Virus record (IMG/VR): IMGVR_UViG_3300033121_000983
Coordinates: 32,001-96,000 of that record
DNA: 64,000 nt
Origin: a virus
Lineage: Duplodnaviria > Caudoviricetes
Reading direction: 5' to 3' (one strand)
Shown: piece after piece, positions 25,565 to 34,863 of the stretch
How the letters are laid out: every line of letters begins with the position of its first letter
Position numbering within the stretch: the stretch's first letter is position 1
The notes under the pieces: model-generated
Database searches by the model: none
What the model saw: only the letters and a program-made list of their open reading frames with translations
What the model was told of the DNA's origin: nothing
Translations under genes and position numbers: made by a program

Positions 25565-26866
25565 TTATCCGCAGACCGTAATCGTAACGGAACCCGGCCA
25601 GCTGCGCGTACCAGTGCTGGCGCTTAACAGCAGCGACGTCGGCAAAGCGCTACCTGGCGTAGTCGCGTACGTCGCGGTATCGCCGTTCGCCGCCAGCACC
25701 TGAAGTGTGCCTAACTCGACGTCGTAGATCGCACTCGCATAGCTGGCGCCAGTACCGACAAAGTCGGCGCCGTCGCCGTACATGTCGATGGTTTCGGCTG
25801 CGTAGATAGAATCGTCGGTGTCGGACATCTCCGGCAACACCAGTCGGCCGCACATCGGTGCCATCATCGGCAGCGGCCCGCCTGACTCAGCCGTCGTTGC
25901 GGCTACTGTCGTACCCGTTAGTTCGGTTCCGCAATCGAAACATGGCCGATCACCGAGGCGACTGGCCAACACGCTCTGACCCATCTGTTCGGTGCGTTGA
26001 GATAGCTGCTGACTCAGCTGTTCGAGCGCCGCGACTTGTACGCGATAACGTTCAAGCTCGCGCGTAATTACCGCGAGTTCACTGCAGCCGCAGCACGGTT
26101 TTGAGCACTTATCGACTAGCTGTAACCCGCCGGCAACCGGTACCAGCTCCAGGCACTCACTACCGATCAGCGGGAAGTTGCCCGAAGTGTCCGGCCCGAG
26201 ACCGTTGACAGTGAGGATAGAGGGTCCCAGGGTTGCGTCATCGTCACAGTCACAGGGTTCGTTCAAGTTCTCGCCGGCCACGGCAGAGACTGTAATCTGA
26301 TTGCCCGACTGCGTTAGCCGAACGTTAGGCCCTTCCACGAGTACGATGTCACCGTAAATCGGTGCGCTGATGTCAGAACCTGACTGCAGTCGCAGCCCGC
26401 CGACGCCGCGCAGCACGGGACGGATGCAGTCGGGTTCGAGCCGTCCGCCTTCGACGTCGAATGTGAACCGACCGACTGGCTGCGCATCGAGTCCCGACAG
26501 CGAGCCGATCACTAGGTGCCCGGCTAGATCGTAGAACTGCCCGATACCGTTAATGCCGTAGACTTGGTTACGCGTGAAACTCGCACGCGCGATAGCCGTA
26601 CCCGCGGCGTCAAGCACGCCGTCGTCTGGGTCGTCGTAACCAACGATCAAGCTGATACCGACGCCAGAGATATCGATCGTACGCAAAAAGAACCGACTAG
26701 GTTCAATGTCGGCTGCCAGCGGCACGGCTAAGTAAAGCGAGACGAGAAAATCCGGCGGCAACTCAAATTCATCGGTCGTGTCGCGTGCGCTGGCGTCGCG
26801 CGTCAGCGGATAAGACCGCGACGCGTTGTGATCGAGCCACTCGAGGTTTTGGTAGAGGTTCGACAC
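25565..26866 (-). CDS. Cys-rich tail/baseplate-associated protein, paralog 5
   Basis: EWLDHNASRSYPL, IYGDIVLVEGPN, TVNGLGPDTSG and CSKPCCGC, then a coiled coil. Confidence 0.75.
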   Translation of the reverse strand: MSNLYQNLEWLDHNASRSYPLTRDASARDTTDEFELPPDFLVSLYLAVPLAADIEPSRFFLRTIDISGVGISLIVGYDDPDDGVLDAAGTAIARASFTRNQVYGINGIGQFYDLAGHLVIGSLSGLDAQPVGRFTFDVEGGRLEPDCIRPVLRGVGGLRLQSGSDISAPIYGDIVLVEGPNVRLTQSGNQITVSAVAGENLNEPCDCDDDATLGPSILTVNGLGPDTSGNFPLIGSECLELVPVAGGLQLVDKCSKPCCGCSELAVITRELERYRVQVAALEQLSQQLSQRTEQMGQSVLASRLGDRPCFDCGTELTGTTVAATTAESGGPLPMMAPMCGRLVLPEMSDTDDSIYAAETIDMYGDGADFVGTGASYASAIYDVELGTLQVLAANGDTATYATTPGSALPTSLLLSASTGTRSWPGSVTITVCG

Positions 26867-26869
26867 GAA

Positions 26870-28687
26870 TTACTCCAGGCTGATCACGCCTGTGCGGCGA
26901 ATTAACAGCACGTCGCCGCTGTAACCATCGCTACCCACGCGCGTAAGCGTGAACAGCACGACATCGCCTGCCGCCACTTCAATAGGATCGGAGGTGACTT
27001 CGTAGTACGAATTAGCGCTTACCAGTGTTGCGCTCACGTCGAGCGGCAGCTCAGTGTCGTCTGTTGGTAGTGCTGTCGGCGTTTCCGGCCGCGCAAGCAC
27101 GCGGTATGTAGCGGTTAGCAGGTCGTCAGGCACGGTGCCGGCAGCGCGTCCCAACAGCCACAGGCGCAGCCGCAACATCGCACCATCAGACAGCGCGGCC
27201 TTCGTGGGTACACGAATCATGCCGCGGATACTGGCGTTGGCCCGCACAGTTGAGAAGTTTAACCCAAGCACGTTCTGATAAGGCTCGTCTGTCACGCCAA
27301 CAAGCCGCACGATTTCGACAGACAGTTCGGTGTCGTCGAGATCCGTCTCCACCGAGATCGTCAGCGGACCGACAGCGTAACTGTTACCGCTGATTGTGAC
27401 CGACTCGGCACCGGCGACAGTGACGTTGGATGTACCTGCGCGCACGCCCGACACAACCGGCCCGCGCTGCAGGGTGTTGTTCTCAGCCGTCTTGACGACC
27501 TGGTAACCGGCGGCATCGGTATCTTCAACCGTCGACGCTTGATCGAAGCCGATTTCCAGGTGCCCGGTGGTTGCGTCGTCAATCGAATCCGCGCAGCGTA
27601 CTGTCAACCCGCTGTCAGCTGCAGCGCGCAGACTCAGCACTGCCGTGCTGCCGCCGATAAACGACTGGCGGACAAAGTACAGTTTCATGCTCATCGGCAC
27701 GTCGCGGGCGCACTCGCCGACCGGAGCGGATGACGAATCCACGACGCTGGTATCGAGATCGGTAGGCCACGGCACATCGCCGTAGCAATCGCTCATCCAC
27801 CAGATGCCGTTCTTATCAACCACGCAAAGCTGATCGATACCGAGCGGTACCGTCACGCCCAGGCCAGCTGCGACGCTGTCTGACTTGACCATCTCGATGC
27901 AGACAGAAGTCAGCGGCACCGGAGGCCACAAGTGACGCAGTGACGACTGCGCCAGGTTGTAACCGAACTTGGCGCCTACCGGCGCAAGATCGTTAAAGCT
28001 GGCATCATCGGCCGGCAGCCAGCCTTCGACGTCAGCGTCGGCGGCGGTAATCGTGTGTGCTTCGTCCACAGCCGGCGGTGACGTATCACCGGCGGGGCTG
28101 CAGGTCAGCCCGTAACTGTAGTGCCGGTGCTGCGCCAGATAGTCGGCAAACTGCGGGTTTACGAACACGCGGTAAACGCCCGACTCAGTCTCCTCGCACA
28201 CCTGCAGCACGGGGACACCGACCGGCGGACGTTGTTCAACCAGCCGACCGGCCGTGCCGTTGGACAGATAGTACACCGCGCCGACCGTCGGGGTGCCAGA
28301 GATGACGTTCGACAGATCCAATTCGGCCGTGCCGCTCAGCAACAGATCGACGGTTCCAGCGGCGGAGCGCGCCGTCACAATGCCGCGCACATGCGATGTG
28401 TTCTTGGTCAGCAACTCACCCGTCGTGCTGTCGACAGTTGCGTCGCCGAGAGCCTGCTCGAACTGCAGCGTAGTCGCATTGAAGTACGCTGGTTGCCCAA
28501 CCAGCAACGTCGACGCAGCGCGAACTTCACGGGCGTAGACACCGTTGCCCGACGACAGCGCATCGATCTGCGCCTGCATCAGCGACAAGTTCGCGACGAT
28601 AGCGGCGATCGGCGGATTCGTGTAGCTGGCGTTAACCGGCACACCGTCAACGATGCGCGGAACTGGTCGCCACAGTGGATTTGACAT
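26870..28687 (-). CDS. Tail fibre / baseplate-distal structural protein
   Basis: N-terminal GVPVNASYTNPPI anchor-type motif and YYLS..TAGRL; lies after the wedge genes. Confidence 0.65.
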   Translation of the reverse strand: MSNPLWRPVPRIVDGVPVNASYTNPPIAAIVANLSLMQAQIDALSSGNGVYAREVRAASTLLVGQPAYFNATTLQFEQALGDATVDSTTGELLTKNTSHVRGIVTARSAAGTVDLLLSGTAELDLSNVISGTPTVGAVYYLSNGTAGRLVEQRPPVGVPVLQVCEETESGVYRVFVNPQFADYLAQHRHYSYGLTCSPAGDTSPPAVDEAHTITAADADVEGWLPADDASFNDLAPVGAKFGYNLAQSSLRHLWPPVPLTSVCIEMVKSDSVAAGLGVTVPLGIDQLCVVDKNGIWWMSDCYGDVPWPTDLDTSVVDSSSAPVGECARDVPMSMKLYFVRQSFIGGSTAVLSLRAAADSGLTVRCADSIDDATTGHLEIGFDQASTVEDTDAAGYQVVKTAENNTLQRGPVVSGVRAGTSNVTVAGAESVTISGNSYAVGPLTISVETDLDDTELSVEIVRLVGVTDEPYQNVLGLNFSTVRANASIRGMIRVPTKAALSDGAMLRLRLWLLGRAAGTVPDDLLTATYRVLARPETPTALPTDDTELPLDVSATLVSANSYYEVTSDPIEVAAGDVVLFTLTRVGSDGYSGDVLLIRRTGVISLE

Positions 28688-28701
28688 GTAACACTCCGCG
28701 G

Positions 28702-29292
28702 CTAGCTAGCGGTAAGCTGCCAGTCGTAACCGATTTCACTGCCGACCAGTTTAACAAGCTGGGAGTCCGCCGATGACCAATAGAAGCGCGCGAAGATGCG
28801 ATCAAGCGTCGCGTCGCTTTCATCCGGCATAGCAATCAGCGCGCCGCCATACACGCGGGACTGCGCAGCGGCGGTAAAAGGGAGCCCATTCTGTCCGGCG
28901 ACGCCCGACGTGCGCGCCGTCAGCAACAGCACATTGTCGTACGGCAACGTCTCGTCGCTGCGACTGTAGGCTTTCGCCAGAATCGGGACACGCAGGTAAT
29001 CGCGCGTCGACGACAGCGCCAGATCTTCGTAGTACGCCGCGGCGTCGTCGTCGCGCGCGAATGTGGGCGGCGTTACTGCGCCGCCGCCGTCGTTTTCATA
29101 TTCGATGTACATGCCCGCCAGTCGATACTTCGACTGTTCGTCGCCGGCAAGCAACGGCAGCAGTGCGCCGGCCCAGCTAACGAGGACATTGTTGGGCGTC
29201 CACATGGTGTCGCTGAGGCGTGTGCCGTCGGCACGGCAGTGAAAACCGCGCACATTGCCGCGCAAATTCAGCGCGGATAGCTGACTGTGCAT
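28702..29292 (-). CDS. Baseplate / tail-collar-like protein
   Basis: NVLV..AGAL..LLAG...LAGMYIE and FAR...KL....IGYDW pattern; synteny. Confidence 0.55.
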   Translation of the reverse strand: MHSQLSALNLRGNVRGFHCRADGTRLSDTMWTPNNVLVSWAGALLPLLAGDEQSKYRLAGMYIEYENDGGGAVTPPTFARDDDAAAYYEDLALSSTRDYLRVPILAKAYSRSDETLPYDNVLLLTARTSGVAGQNGLPFTAAAQSRVYGGALIAMPDESDATLDRIFARFYWSSADSQLVKLVGSEIGYDWQLTAS

Positions 29293-29301
29293 GCTTTTGT
29301 C

Positions 29302-30804
29302 CTATAAACAGATGCCGTCAATGTACCGCGCGGTCAGTACATCCGGCAGCAACGTGACTGGGTCCAGCTCATCTTCTTGTGTATCGCCGTAGGAAATCGG
29401 CGTAATTGTATCAGTAATCGCGCTGGCGTCTAAGGTCGACGTCAGCGCAGTTGCCGTAAGTTCAATCAGAACCGTTGCGTGCGGCGGCAGCAGTCGGCGC
29501 AACAGGCGCAGTTTTGACAGCGAAAGCGCTGCCGGGCCCAGGCGATCAACAGCGATCCGCACCAGTACAGCGTTGTTGCGCAGCACATTCTCGGCGACAA
29601 ACTGCGCCGGATTGATTGTCGCAGGCAGGTTTGAAGCCACTGGCTGGCCGGTTTGGTTAGTGCGCCGATCCAAAAGCATCGCCAACGTCTGCCCGGCATC
29701 CCGACCCCGCTGCTGCATGGTATCGAAGAGCCAATCCACGTCAGCAGGCCAGCCGCCGACCTCGAAGCGCAAGTCGGTGTAACCTGCGTCGTCAGTCGTC
29801 ACGGTGACGGGCCGGTTGTCGTTGACGAAAAACAGACCGCCGAATGTGTCGTGGCTCAGCAGCGAGAGGTCGAGCGATAACCCCGTCAGATCGTAAGGCA
29901 GTTGTCCGTTGCCGAAAGAATCGATCTGCAGGGCGTCGGTCATCGTCTGGCCGGGTGTCAGCGTATCATCGACCAGTACGGTCGCAACCGCGTCGCTACT
30001 GTGATGATAGACGTGCTGGTCGGTCGCAATCCACTGATACCCGTCGCTCGTGAACAGGCTTTCGACGGTCTCCGCACTGAGCGCAATCGGCACGTCGCAC
30101 AGGGCACTCAGGAACTGGCGCAATCGCAGTTCGGACGCCCCTTCAACTGCGCTATCGAAGATCGCGTTAACGGCATCGCGGTAGTTACTGCCGTTGGTGT
30201 CGCGAAATTGCGCCGCGTAGCCCCACTGCTTATACACGTTGTCTTCGTCGAACCGCGGCTGGTGCAACCACAGCTCGATTTCGTAATCTGTTGCGGACTC
30301 GTTATCCGACGCGTACAACCCACGCAGCGGAATGGCCGCGACGTCGAACGGGTTTTGCGCGAATTCGATGTAGTTCTCGTCGAGGTTGAGGGTGTAGTCG
30401 ATGCCCTCTGTCCAGATCAGACTCGGATTGGCCGGCGCCGTCGCGATAAACGGCACGCTCACCAGCCCTGTTGGTAGCGAAAAACGGAAACCGTTAACCG
30501 CTCGGGTAGCTCCGTAGGAGATTCCGCTACCGTACGTGATGTCAGCGTCACCGAAGCGGTAGGCAACCAGCGAACCGTCGTTGAGTTTGGTTTGACGTAA
30601 AACCAAACTCTGCCAACGCGACGTACGGTAAATCGGCGTCGTGCGTCGATTGACGGCGGCAATTGCGTCCGTGAGCGCTGTGTCGACTTCGGCTTCGACC
30701 GCTGACAACCCGGCCAGGTAGGCTGCGAGTTGGCCTTCGTCCGAAAACACCGTGCGCCACACACTCCCCAGAAGCGGCAGAAGTGTTTGCGGAGTGACAG
30801 CCAT
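29302..30804 (-). CDS. Baseplate wedge-like structural protein
   Basis: 500 aa; C-terminal LRRLLPPH resembles P2 gpI-type wedge ends; EGIDYTL motif. Confidence 0.6.
   Translation of the reverse strand: MAVTPQTLLPLLGSVWRTVFSDEGQLAAYLAGLSAVEAEVDTALTDAIAAVNRRTTPIYRTSRWQSLVLRQTKLNDGSLVAYRFGDADITYGSGISYGATRAVNGFRFSLPTGLVSVPFIATAPANPSLIWTEGIDYTLNLDENYIEFAQNPFDVAAIPLRGLYASDNESATDYEIELWLHQPRFDEDNVYKQWGYAAQFRDTNGSNYRDAVNAIFDSAVEGASELRLRQFLSALCDVPIALSAETVESLFTSDGYQWIATDQHVYHHSSDAVATVLVDDTLTPGQTMTDALQIDSFGNGQLPYDLTGLSLDLSLLSHDTFGGLFFVNDNRPVTVTTDDAGYTDLRFEVGGWPADVDWLFDTMQQRGRDAGQTLAMLLDRRTNQTGQPVASNLPATINPAQFVAENVLRNNAVLVRIAVDRLGPAALSLSKLRLLRRLLPPHATVLIELTATALTSTLDASAITDTITPISYGDTQEDELDPVTLLPDVLTARYIDGICL
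30583..30610. promoter_or_regulatory. ACGT-centred palindrome, site 3, inside a CDS (GAGTTTGGTTTGACGTAAAACCAAACTC)
   Basis: 11-bp perfect inverted arms. Confidence 0.6.
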
Positions 30805-30807
30805 GCT

Positions 30808-31794
30808 CTACTCAGTTGTGTGGGTGTGTAGCCAACCGTGGATGTTGTTGAGCAGCTCCGGTCGCGCCGCGTAGGGCTTTAGTGCCGCGGGATCAACGCC
30901 GTGATCACGAATCAGGTGCTCGAGTGACGTATTGCGCAGCTGCCCACGTCCGTCTGACTCATACCACGCTGTCGTAAACTGCGCGGCACGGTGCAAATCG
31001 ACGCCGCCAGTACTGGCGCGGCGTTCGTCGGTACCAGCGCTTTTCTGCCACTTAGCCAGAAACGTCGCGAGATTAGCCCAGCCAACTTCGACATGCGTCG
31101 CACCTGTCGAAGTTTTCCAAGAGAAACACGGGAATTGTGTGGTTGGCGCGGGCTTATCCTTCGGATCCCAGATCACATCAAACGGCAGGTTAGCCGCCGC
31201 TTTAAGCGCAGCTTTAGCCGCTGCGCACGGACCGCAGTTGGCGGTCGACCAGGCGTACACAACGGGCCGCGCCGGCAGCTCGGCAATCACGGCAGGGGGA
31301 TCTGTGCCTGCCGCCGGCGCAGCCCACGCGAGCGTAAACTCGCGCGTCTGGCGTACGGGGCCGAGGGCCGCGGTCGCAGTGCCACGATTGTCTGCGTTCA
31401 ATTCCAGCCGCTCCAGTTTGGGAGAGACGCTGAAACCAAATACACGCGCACTGATCGTAGGCCGAGGCTCGGCAAAGGTAAATACGCCGTGATCTGGCGT
31501 TAACGTGTAATTTACGCTGGCGCCAGCCGGTACGACGATTGTCAGACCGGACTGGGCGACCTTCAGCGGTTTAGCGAGCGTTACAGTGTTGGTGTCACCA
31601 AGCCACTGATGAAGCGCCGCCACTGCTGATCCTGGGGCCTCGACACGGAGCGTTTGCAGCTCTGTGCCCTTTGCGCCTGACGGCGTGGAGAAATACGACG
31701 AGCGCTCGGGTGTCATCGGTGCAGCTGCGCCGGTTTGACAACCAAGCGTAGACACCGAAGATAACGCCGCCAGAATCAGCAGTGACGTACGCAT
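30808..31794 (-). CDS. Predicted lipoprotein with a thioredoxin/glutaredoxin-like CGPC domain
   Basis: Signal peptide with lipobox-like TLGC; VYAWSTANCGPC and a cis-Pro-like QFP motif. Confidence 0.7.
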   Translation of the reverse strand: MRTSLLILAALSSVSTLGCQTGAAAPMTPERSSYFSTPSGAKGTELQTLRVEAPGSAVAALHQWLGDTNTVTLAKPLKVAQSGLTIVVPAGASVNYTLTPDHGVFTFAEPRPTISARVFGFSVSPKLERLELNADNRGTATAALGPVRQTREFTLAWAAPAAGTDPPAVIAELPARPVVYAWSTANCGPCAAAKAALKAAANLPFDVIWDPKDKPAPTTQFPCFSWKTSTGATHVEVGWANLATFLAKWQKSAGTDERRASTGGVDLHRAAQFTTAWYESDGRGQLRNTSLEHLIRDHGVDPAALKPYAARPELLNNIHGWLHTHTTE

Positions 31795-31802
31795 GGGAAT
31801 AC

Positions 31803-32678
31803 CTACAGTTTGAACACAGGCGGGATGAAGTTGGCGGAGTCGATCCAGTCCCAGCCTCGCGGCTTGACCGGTTCCGCCAAGTTCATGTCACTAGCTAGAA
31901 GTAACCCGTAGCGCGTGGTACGGCAGATCTTGTCGATAACTGCCGGCGCCACAAAAATGCGCGTGTCCGCACCCCAGCCAGGATGGCTGTTGTACATCGC
32001 GTAGTGGCGTTCGCCACCGCGCGTGCGCCAGCCGAAGAAGCCGAGCGCGTGTCCGCCTAGAAAATTGCCTCCAGGCATATAAGTCAGATATTCAACGCCG
32101 CGCAGACCAGACCAACCAGTCGTCCAGTCGATGCCGAATCCGCACGTGACGTTGCCGGTCACCATGGCGCGATCGAAATCTTCGAACGAACGGATACCCG
32201 GTACCAGCGTGCGGATATGCGTTTTCGCCGCACGTGTCAGCAGCTCAGCCGGGATCACGTTGCTGTAATTCTCGCCCTGCACGTAGTAGGGGAAGTCCGT
32301 TTCGAGGCACTCCCCGTAGTTCAACGCGGCCCGCATAGAACCACCGATACTCGCGCCAGCCGGACGACGGTCATTACCGTCCTGACGCATATCGGTGATC
32401 GCTGCGAACTTGCGCGAGTAATGCCGTAGCTCGCCCTTTGTGGCCATCCACGTCAGGATTTCGCTGCACATTGTGCGCATATGCGCGTGGCAGAACGGCC
32501 ACGCACCTTGCATATCCTGCCGGTACCCGGGGATCTCCAAGGTGTCGGGGATACTGGCAGGCGCTTCGCACACCAGCGCTGGTACCGAGAACTCGGCCAG
32601 CGCGGCTGTGTGCAGGTCTTCTTTATCCGGGTCCCATCCAAGTGGGTTACCGAACTGATCGAGGATGATGTCACTCAC
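31803..32678 (-). CDS. Papain-like (C1-family) cysteine peptidase
   Basis: QGAWPFC (oxyanion Gln, catalytic Cys), GGHAL (His) and YNSHPGWG (Asn). Confidence 0.85.
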   Translation of the reverse strand: MSDIILDQFGNPLGWDPDKEDLHTAALAEFSVPALVCEAPASIPDTLEIPGYRQDMQGAWPFCHAHMRTMCSEILTWMATKGELRHYSRKFAAITDMRQDGNDRRPAGASIGGSMRAALNYGECLETDFPYYVQGENYSNVIPAELLTRAAKTHIRTLVPGIRSFEDFDRAMVTGNVTCGFGIDWTTGWSGLRGVEYLTYMPGGNFLGGHALGFFGWRTRGGERHYAMYNSHPGWGADTRIFVAPAVIDKICRTTRYGLLLASDMNLAEPVKPRGWDWIDSANFIPPVFKL

Positions 32679-33049
32679 GGGCGGAATCCCTTAGCGATCT
32701 CGTCCCACACATCCGCTTGCGCGGACGCGGTTGTAGCAGCGGATAGTGCAGCTTTAACGCTTTTACCGACGGTCTCGTTCATATCGCCGGTAATCGCCGC
32801 GCTGCCTTTGTTCCAGGCCTCACCCTGCTGTTCGGCAGTCAGGTTGTTCGTACGAATCTCGGCGGCAATTGTTGCTGCCAATTTCGACAACTCGACCTGA
32901 GCGTTCGTATTGGTTTCCGTAATCGTACGCGACAGCGTTGCCGGCGCGGGTGTTGGCGCGGGGTTCGGTGTCGGCCTGTTGTCACCTGGTACCAGGCAAC
33001 CCGGCAGCAACAAGCATAGCGTCAGTGAGACAATGTAGCGGCGCATCAT
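32675..33049 (-). CDS. Small lipoprotein (o-spanin-like architecture)
   Basis: Basic N-terminus, hydrophobic stretch, lipobox LPGC and Pro-rich linker. Confidence 0.65.
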   Translation of the reverse strand: MMRRYIVSLTLCLLLPGCLVPGDNRPTPNPAPTPAPATLSRTITETNTNAQVELSKLAATIAAEIRTNNLTAEQQGEAWNKGSAAITGDMNETVGKSVKAALSAATTASAQADVWDEIAKGFRP

Positions 33050-33645
33050 CGTGGCTTAACTCCGTCGTACACACTGGGCATGACCGTTGCTGCCATGTCC
33101 TGGCGCAGTCGTGCTTCCAGCTCGCGCATAATATCCGACACAGGGCGCGGATCTGCAGGGCTCGCAGACTTAAGAGAGTTGCCGTCTGTCAGCTGTGACG
33201 ACAGGCGCTGCACCAGCGACATCGCCACTGGGTCACTCAAGCTGTGAGAGGCCAGCGTGGTCAGCGCGGCGCGCTGTTGTTCGCCGCTATCCTTACTGCC
33301 CTGCATAGCGCTACGCGCAGCAAGACCCAGGAACGTAGCTGCCGCGCCGGCTAACACCAGTTGGTTGCTGGTGTTGTTGGGCGCGGCGATGCCGTAATAC
33401 ATCAGCGTGGCCACGTAGGTGGTCACAGCGGCGGCGACGTTGCCGCTAAGGCGCCAGGCAATGTCTGGCACCGCGGCGAGATTGAGCCGCAGCGTAGCTG
33501 GCGGCGTAAACGGATTGAGCGGGTTGCCAGGCACAGTCGGATCCTTGTGTTGGACAGCGCATACCGGCGGAGTCTGGTACGCAGTCGATGGTTTCTTTGC
33601 CCGTCGGCGACGACGTCGCCTCTTGGGCGCACCTGTTGCGGTCAT
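33046..33645 (-). CDS. Holin-like membrane protein
   Basis: Two hydrophobic segments and a very basic N-terminus; lies beside the peptidase. Confidence 0.5.
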   Translation of the reverse strand: MTATGAPKRRRRRRRAKKPSTAYQTPPVCAVQHKDPTVPGNPLNPFTPPATLRLNLAAVPDIAWRLSGNVAAAVTTYVATLMYYGIAAPNNTSNQLVLAGAAATFLGLAARSAMQGSKDSGEQQRAALTTLASHSLSDPVAMSLVQRLSSQLTDGNSLKSASPADPRPVSDIMRELEARLRQDMAATVMPSVYDGVKPR

Positions 33646-33998
33646 TACTTGGCGATTTGGTCCAACACAAAGTCCGCCAAGTAGCGCAGCAGGAAGCCGA
33701 GCAACTCACGGCTCACGCCGATCGCCAGACCTTGCGGCTGCGTCTCGTCGGCAGCTGCAGTGGCTGACAGCCGCTCCAGTCGCTCGATCGCATCTTCCTT
33801 GCTGAGTGTGACGGGTTCCATCTCGGCGGCTCGCATGGCCAGCGGTGCACCTGGCTCACCGATGGTGCAGTTGAGGCCGTAGCCAGTGATCTCCCACAAG
33901 GCCTTAGCGACCTGCGGGGTGCTGACCGTCTGGCCGCGCAGCGCTGAAAGCACGAGCGGCACGTGTTCGAGAGGCAACGAGGCGGGATACGGAACCAT
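33645..33998 (-). CDS. Hypothetical protein of the lysis cassette
   Basis: 117 aa, translationally coupled; amphipathic C-terminal helix. Confidence 0.6.
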   Translation of the reverse strand: MVPYPASLPLEHVPLVLSALRGQTVSTPQVAKALWEITGYGLNCTIGEPGAPLAMRAAEMEPVTLSKEDAIERLERLSATAAADETQPQGLAIGVSRELLGFLLRYLADFVLDQIAK

Positions 33999-34001
33999 CG
34001 G

Positions 34002-34802
34002 CTAGTCCTTTGCGAATGTCAGCGTGGTGACGAGCTTGTCGTCCTCGTCACGAATCTCCAAGACAGCCGGCCGTGCCACGCGCACGACCTGTGTAGCCGC
34101 CTGGGTCATCGCCGCTTTTGGCGCGCCGTAGCGCTTGACCGCCTCTAGCGTATCGCCTTTTTGCGGCATAGTCACGTCTGCGTTGTAGTACGGAGCCATC
34201 AATTGCCCAGGTTTTCCGTGCGGCAGCCCGATGGCGTGGCCGATCTCGTGGCACATCACCGCCAGCGCCATGTGCTGCGACCATCGCTCAGCCTGATCGT
34301 ACATCTGGGCAAGTTGCACGGTCGGGGTAGCGTTGCAGGGCATGTAGGACCACGCCAGCGTACCACCCGCCCCGTCGAGGAACAGCTTACGCCCTGCCCC
34401 GGACTTGGCAGCGATGTTTGCACCACGGCTCGTCGCCAGTTTGCGGAACCGGATTCCGCAGACAGCTTCCCACTGGCGGCACGCCTGATCGAACGTCGCC
34501 GCGGCGACCGCGGGTGTAATGCCGGGTAACTGCAGCCGCACGTGGTAGGAGACCGCAGTCATCTTTTCCAACGGCCAGCGACAGCCGGTATCGTCGGTGA
34601 CGAAATCCGGCAGACTGCAGCGCAGCGGTGCGACCAACAGCCGCTCTGTTGCGGTATCGAGCTTGCCGGTGGGTTCGAGTCCATTAAAGCGCTGGAAACG
34701 CTTCAGACTCGTCGCAACTGTCTTGGCGGTGCCCTTAAGCATTGCCGCCTCAGTGAGATAGCCCAGGGCATGCAGCCGCTGCTTCAGTTCGTCGATCGAC
34801 AT
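34002..34802 (-). CDS. Matrixin (M10/MMP-like) metalloprotease with a peptidoglycan-binding-like prodomain and cysteine switch
   Basis: LKRFQRFNGLEPTGKLD (PG-binding-1), PLRCSLPD (cysteine switch), HEIGHAIGLPH and the LMAP Met-turn. Confidence 0.9.
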   Translation of the reverse strand: MSIDELKQRLHALGYLTEAAMLKGTAKTVATSLKRFQRFNGLEPTGKLDTATERLLVAPLRCSLPDFVTDDTGCRWPLEKMTAVSYHVRLQLPGITPAVAAATFDQACRQWEAVCGIRFRKLATSRGANIAAKSGAGRKLFLDGAGGTLAWSYMPCNATPTVQLAQMYDQAERWSQHMALAVMCHEIGHAIGLPHGKPGQLMAPYYNADVTMPQKGDTLEAVKRYGAPKAAMTQAATQVVRVARPAVLEIRDEDDKLVTTLTFAKD

Positions 34803-34814
34803 CGGTGGTTCCTG

Positions 34815-34836
34815 ATTGCTTTAACGTCAATTGAAA
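34815..34836. promoter_or_regulatory. ACGT-centred palindrome, site 4 (ATTGCTTTAACGTCAATTGAAA)
   Basis: Immediately upstream of the matrixin start codon. Confidence 0.55.
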
Positions 34837-34863
34837 CGTCAAACACCAGTGTACCGCCGTGCT

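Noticed and set aside
15846-26866. Diversity-generating retroelement acting on the fibre genes
   Set aside because: No reverse transcriptase, and no template/variable repeat pair differing at adenines was seen.
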